Source: Amoebophrya sp. A120
Lineage: Eukaryota > Protista > Dinoflagellata
Assembly (NCBI GenBank): GCA_905178155.1
Contig: CAJINV010000037.1
Location: 6,864-27,326, forward strand
Direction of reading: 5' to 3'
Length of the DNA: 20,463 nt
Program-made: the position numbers and the translations under genes
Notes under the pieces: model-generated
Database searches by the model: none
What the model was told of the DNA's origin: nothing
The model's input: only the letters and a program-made list of their open reading frames with translations
Part shown: piece after piece, positions 19,801 to 20,463 of the stretch
Numbering within the stretch: the stretch's first letter is position 1
Layout: each line of letters starts with the position of its first letter

Positions 19801-20292
19801 CGAATTTGCAGTCCTGCTTCGTCTATCCAGTGCAAACATGTCTGGGTCCGGAAACTTGTAATGCTGAGTTGTGGGTAGTGAACTCTCTGTAATGCACAGC
19901 CAAGCATGAGAAATTATACTTATTTGCGCTGCTTATTGTTGCGCTTTCCGCAAGACAAACTGCGTTTTTCATAACAAGCAAGCGGTTCGCTTCTTGGACA
20001 CGCATCACAAGCTCTTCAGCCATGTCAGACAAGCATGACAAACCTTGCATCCTTCCAGACCCAGACAGATTTGCAATGCATATCGTCCTGAGCTTCATGC
20101 AGAAGGGCAGGTCAAACGCCTCGACGAATTCTGTCATGCAGAAGGTGTTGCCGTCGCAGATGTACTCGGAAATCCACTGCGTGTCCAGAAGCGGTAGCGA
20201 ACCGTGGGCGATGGAAGGGGGGAGAAGGGGGTGTCTTCAGCGTTTTTCTTTTGTTTACATAGTGAAGCTCCTGCGCATGGTGCCGCGAATGA
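4782..20292 (-). CDS. Multi-exon locus (about 26 exons traced, both ends unresolved) for a large Cys-rich, NxS/T-rich putative secreted or surface glycoprotein; may be one gene or 2-3 tandem paralogs
   Basis: Minus-strand ORF segments join in frame after removing each TIR element plus one 5-bp repeat. There are three continuous blocks: 20292-14440, 12028-9159 and 7697-4782. The links between blocks are not resolved. No family is recognised beyond SMB-like Cys motifs. Confidence 0.8.
4835..5042. mobile_element. Introner-like element E2 (family C)
   Basis: TIR tatgcaagaaaaaaactgcgtaagtgtaact / agttacactaacacagtttttttcttggata; direct repeat cgctc at 4830 and 5043. Confidence 0.9.
5043..5266 (-). 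CDS. Exon (LLYAKVSSIWSTDRVDQ...NITFYGER)
   Basis: Core of ORF 5000..5278, bounded by E3 and E2, in frame on both sides. Confidence 0.85.
5272..5423. mobile_element. Introner-like element E3 (family A, ~150 bp)
   Basis: tatgcattgcaaaagtatc / gatacttttgcacaggata; repeat cttcc at 5267 and 5424. Confidence 0.92.
5424..5563 (-). CDS. Exon (TRLRYNTRLFRCIFFDDY...QPGGK); 5' boundary approximate
   Basis: Core of ORF 5361..5633; joins LLYAK in frame. Confidence 0.75.
5568..5706. mobile_element. Degenerate family A element E4
   Basis: Right end cgatgctttcgcactgcata resembles the family A TIR and internal gcatgacaaa motifs are present. The left TIR is eroded; a taaa repeat at 5564 and 5705 would keep the frame. 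Confidence 0.55.
5705..5793 (-). CDS. Exon (LGPAVPVRIVGPVFSDSRRTIPGGMIDYF)
   Basis: In frame with IYGSA after removal of E5; missed by the ORF track. Confidence 0.75.
5799..6048. mobile_element. Introner-like element E5 (family D)
   Basis: ~40-bp TIR tatggcgttctcaaacgttacactctcagctgttgcatg / catgtaacagttgagagtgtaacgtctgagaatcccata; repeat gcgga at 5794 and 6049. Confidence 0.92.
6049..6100 (-). CDS. Exon (ESCLSETFYPQQNIYGSA)
   Basis: In frame across E6 and E5. Confidence 0.8.
6106..6367. mobile_element. Introner-like element E6 (family B, ~262 bp), inverted relative to most B copies
   Basis: tatgcattgcaaacatgtctgggtctggaag / cttccagaaccagacatttttgcatttgata; repeat cgtag/cgtac. Confidence 0.92.
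6368..6433 (-). CDS. Exon (TVWNKTKDKNYQDYIELVTRGY)
   Basis: In frame across E7 and E6. Confidence 0.82.
6439..6699. mobile_element. Introner-like element E7 (family B)
   Basis: Family B TIRs; repeat tgatt/tgatc at 6434 and 6700. Confidence 0.92.
6700..6742 (-). CDS. Exon (SDDTTLTADLSYQI)
   Basis: In frame across E8 and E7. Confidence 0.8.
6748..6896. mobile_element. Introner-like element E8 (family A), inverted relative to E3 and E19
   Basis: tgtcctgtgcaaaagtatcg / cgatactcttgcaatgcata; repeat attgt at 6743 and 6897. Confidence 0.92.
6897..7697 (-). CDS. Large exon (...HYYKLRVHQNPKCPT...MPPPLSDICYEP...AADACYN); 5' boundary approximate
   Basis: ORF 6840..7532 frame stays open upstream to 7700; contains ECWKNDVIRAYSMC. 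Confidence 0.85.
8947..9082 (-). CDS. Candidate exon (KYVREKELYFDVLLRYCDIEISEP...KRF*)
   Basis: A canonical GTAAGT...TAG intron at 9083-9158 would join it in phase 0 to SKWCF. It ends in TGA unless spliced earlier. Confidence 0.4.
9159..9337 (-). CDS. Exon (TQLCNFTDAANATGSSSSRVLRMLT...DFSKWCF)
   Basis: In frame after E9; ends at a perfect GTAAGT donor (9158-9153). Confidence 0.85.
9343..9605. mobile_element. Introner-like element E9 (family B)
   Basis: Family B TIRs; repeat tgatg at 9338 and 9606. Confidence 0.92.
9606..9793 (-). CDS. Exon (SNLKTSLDGLNDQFCVKD...ELTMNI)
   Basis: Part of ORF 9523..10209 between E10 and E9. Confidence 0.85.
9799..10012. mobile_element. Introner-like element E10 (family C-like)
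   Basis: tatcggaagaaaaaagtgtttacagtttacac / gtgtaactgtatacacttttttcgcgggata; repeat tcaca at 9794 and 10013. Confidence 0.88.
10013..10166 (-). CDS. Exon (VSQNATPWFSEVPCVYDF...EESKCD)
   Basis: Part of ORF 9523..10209 between E11 and E10. Confidence 0.85.
10172..10321. mobile_element. Introner-like element E11 (family A)
   Basis: Family A TIRs; repeat ccgcg/ctgca (2 mismatches). Confidence 0.9.
10322..10400 (-). CDS. Exon (GDSASDSSNATNETNDTSSEMATQTA)
   Basis: In frame across E12 and E11. Confidence 0.82.
10406..10669. mobile_element. Introner-like element E12 (family B)
   Basis: Family B TIRs; repeat gggac/ggagc (2 mismatches). Confidence 0.9.
10670..11093 (-). CDS. Exon, low-complexity NAT/NxT-rich linker
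   Basis: Core of ORF 10634..11128 with very dense N-glycosylation sequons. Confidence 0.88.
11099..11286. mobile_element. Introner-like element E13, removable as a canonical GT-AG intron (11095-11287)
   Basis: TIR tatggagagaaaaaagcttgtcac / gtgacgaactttttttgtttgata; repeat tctga/cctga; minus strand reads TCAG|GTATC...ATATCAG|AAACA. Confidence 0.85.
11287..11365 (-). CDS. Exon (GGAGGVSSTANNFTNASNASGGVAVS)
   Basis: In frame across E14 and E13. Confidence 0.82.
11371..11523. mobile_element. Introner-like element E14 (family A)
   Basis: Family A TIRs; repeat cagga at 11366 and 11524. Confidence 0.92.
11524..11642 (-). CDS. Exon (PSASARDPFYDPYADPQFDVETCVDRDLSATATASATGP)
   Basis: In frame across E15 and E14; missed by the ORF track. 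Confidence 0.82.
11648..11968. mobile_element. Introner-like element E15 (family E, 321 bp)
   Basis: tattaagaggaaagatcccccctccccatatc / gatatggggaggggggatttttcctgttgata; repeat tatga at 11643 and 11969. Confidence 0.88.
11969..12028 (-). CDS. Exon (GCEEGTYCKPALTRKHRVSY); 5' boundary approximate
   Basis: In frame with YPSASARD after removal of E15. Confidence 0.7.
12150..12645. repeat. ~111-bp intronic tandem repeat, 4 copies (first separated by a spacer)
   Basis: aaacagcagtcagc..gttgccggttcctcgcaagc...tttgctttagcacaac near 12156, 12366, 12478, 12588. Confidence 0.9.
12652..13038 (-). pseudogene. Partial duplicate of the exon pair at 11595-12020, ending in TAA
   Basis: 12652-12707 matches 11595-11650 at 55/56 nt. 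12984-13038 is a diverged copy of 11969-12020. Spliced, it reads HCKPELKTRKHRVSYSSASARDPFYDPYADP*. Confidence 0.75.
12705..12983. mobile_element. Introner-like element E16 (family F, 279 bp)
   Basis: tatcctgagtaaaagcgtccccacaccagagt / actctggtgtgggtacgtttttactcaggata; repeat tatga at 12700 and 12984. Confidence 0.9.
13055..14299. repeat. ~297-bp tandem repeat, ~4.2 copies
   Basis: gatccgcggacgacctaa recurs five times about 297 bp apart (near 13087, 13384, 13682, 13978, 14275). Confidence 0.95.
14432..15873 (-). CDS. Large exon (CGIKCWKDNIARGFSSC...LKPNATGNC...YPVCRVPAHGE); 3' end is an unresolved donor or the TGA at 14432-14434
   Basis: ORF 14432..15739 extends in frame up to E17. Confidence 0.9.
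15879..16028. mobile_element. Introner-like element E17 (family A)
   Basis: Family A TIRs; repeat actgc at 15874 and 16029. Confidence 0.92.
16029..16094 (-). CDS. Exon (TGLENNHDLALVNKVKIRGPLQ)
   Basis: In frame across E18 and E17. Confidence 0.82.
16100..16361. mobile_element. Introner-like element E18 (family B)
   Basis: Family B TIRs (left begins cat rather than tat); repeat ttgac at 16095 and 16362. Confidence 0.92.
16362..16439 (-). CDS. Exon (GHLDNNGELSTFGDDRVWREDPRFVS)
   Basis: In frame across E19 and E18. Confidence 0.82.
16445..16596. mobile_element. Introner-like element E19 (family A)
   Basis: Family A TIRs; repeat cactt at 16440 and 16597. Confidence 0.92.
16597..17119 (-). 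CDS. Exon (HRWTTSGFDHCPKELN...VCWTYAS)
   Basis: Core of ORF 16592..17215. Confidence 0.88.
17125..17405. mobile_element. Diverged family B element E20
   Basis: tatgcatggcaaagatgtctggg / acccagacatcatattcttgtagtggata; flanking 5-mers gtacc/gaatt are poorly matched, but the frame is preserved at the usual offset. Confidence 0.8.
17406..17438 (-). CDS. Micro-exon, 33 nt (QLRDKLLDKKF)
   Basis: In frame across E21 and E20. Confidence 0.75.
17444..17705. mobile_element. Introner-like element E21 (family B)
   Basis: Family B TIRs; repeat gtacc at 17439 and 17706. Confidence 0.92.
17706..17724 (-). CDS. Micro-exon, 19 nt (QLSGCRY)
   Basis: In frame across E22 and E21. Confidence 0.75.
17730..17991. 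mobile_element. Introner-like element E22 (family B)
   Basis: Family B TIRs; repeat tgcac at 17725 and 17992. Confidence 0.92.
17992..19492 (-). CDS. Largest exon (VCMNEMYVEE...CYCDELCATHRNQDCCRKCFPTV), ending in an SMB-like motif
   Basis: ORF 17856..19493 trimmed at E22. Confidence 0.92.
19498..19758. mobile_element. Introner-like element E23 (family B)
   Basis: Family B TIRs; repeat cgcgg/ctcgg. Confidence 0.9.
19759..19818 (-). CDS. Exon (KQDCKFAETAMNGQCAELGR)
   Basis: In frame across E24 and E23. Confidence 0.82.
19824..20082. mobile_element. Introner-like element E24 (family B)
   Basis: Family B TIRs; repeat tcgtc at 19819 and 20083. Confidence 0.92.
20083..20210 (-). CDS. Exon (AHGSLPLLDTQWISEYICDGNTFCMTEF...MKLRT); 5' boundary approximate
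   Basis: Open frame upstream of and into ORF 19823..20137; in frame across E24. Confidence 0.8.
20259..20292 (-). CDS. Candidate small exon (IRGTMRRSFTI)
   Basis: Preceded by TTTGTTTTTGTTCTTCAG and followed by GTAAAC; in frame with the next exon if 20211-20258 is removed. Confidence 0.5.
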
Positions 20293-20391
20293 CTGAAGAA
20301 CAAAAACAAAAGTTGGGAACCCCTAGAAAAGAACCCCAAAACCTTGAGCACACACCCAGGAAACACCCGGGACACACCCCCGAAACACCCA

Positions 20392-20463
20392 GGAAACGGG
20401 TGGGAAACGGGTGGGAAACGGGTGGGAAGCGGGTGGGAAACGGGTGGGAAACGGGTGGGAAAC
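20392..20463. repeat. 11-bp G-rich minisatellite (GGAAACGGGTG)n, runs off the window
   Basis: About 6.5 near-perfect copies, one with an a>g change. Confidence 0.95.

Noticed and set aside
4782-20292. Pseudogene destroyed by MITE insertions
   Set aside because: No stops or frameshifts were found within the three reconstructed exon blocks despite clearly aged insertions (E4, E20), which argues for continued selection. It cannot be fully excluded without transcripts.
20392-20463. Telomere
   Set aside because: The 11-bp unit does not match TTAGGG- or TTTAGGG-type repeats, and the gene appears to continue upstream.
1-20463. Autonomous transposase or recombinase gene for the elements
   Set aside because: No ORF with recognisable DDE, tyrosine-recombinase or reverse-transcriptase motifs is present in this window.

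Overview
Eukaryotic genomic DNA, not prokaryotic. Most of the window (about 4782-20292) is a minus-strand, intron-rich coding locus of at least ~6.6 kb (~2,200 aa, possibly 2-3 tandem paralogs). It encodes a Cys-rich, N-glycosylation-sequon-rich, probably secreted or surface protein with repeated CWKx[ND]xxR[GA]xxxC and somatomedin-B-like CYxDxxC...DCC motifs. The locus carries 24 short (150-320 bp) non-coding insertions from about six sequence families. Nearly all run TAT...ATA, have terminal inverted repeats, and are flanked by a 5-bp direct repeat. Deleting an element plus one repeat copy restores the reading frame at every intact junction, although almost none has GT-AG ends. This is the architecture of non-canonical introner elements described in the parasitic dinoflagellate Amoebophrya (organism assignment is inference). 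Notable details: two unrelated elements sit at the identical site of a duplicated exon pair; mismatches between the two direct-repeat copies are mostly synonymous; families with unrelated termini share an internal TGTNATGC-N7/8-GCATNACA dyad. The rest is repeat DNA: a ~620-bp foldback, a 132-bp hairpin satellite with a 264-bp higher-order repeat, and 98-, ~111-, ~297- and 11-bp tandem arrays. All junctions were traced by hand with no transcript data. Exon coordinates assign the gene-upstream repeat copy to the exon, so they are ambiguous by up to 5 nt.
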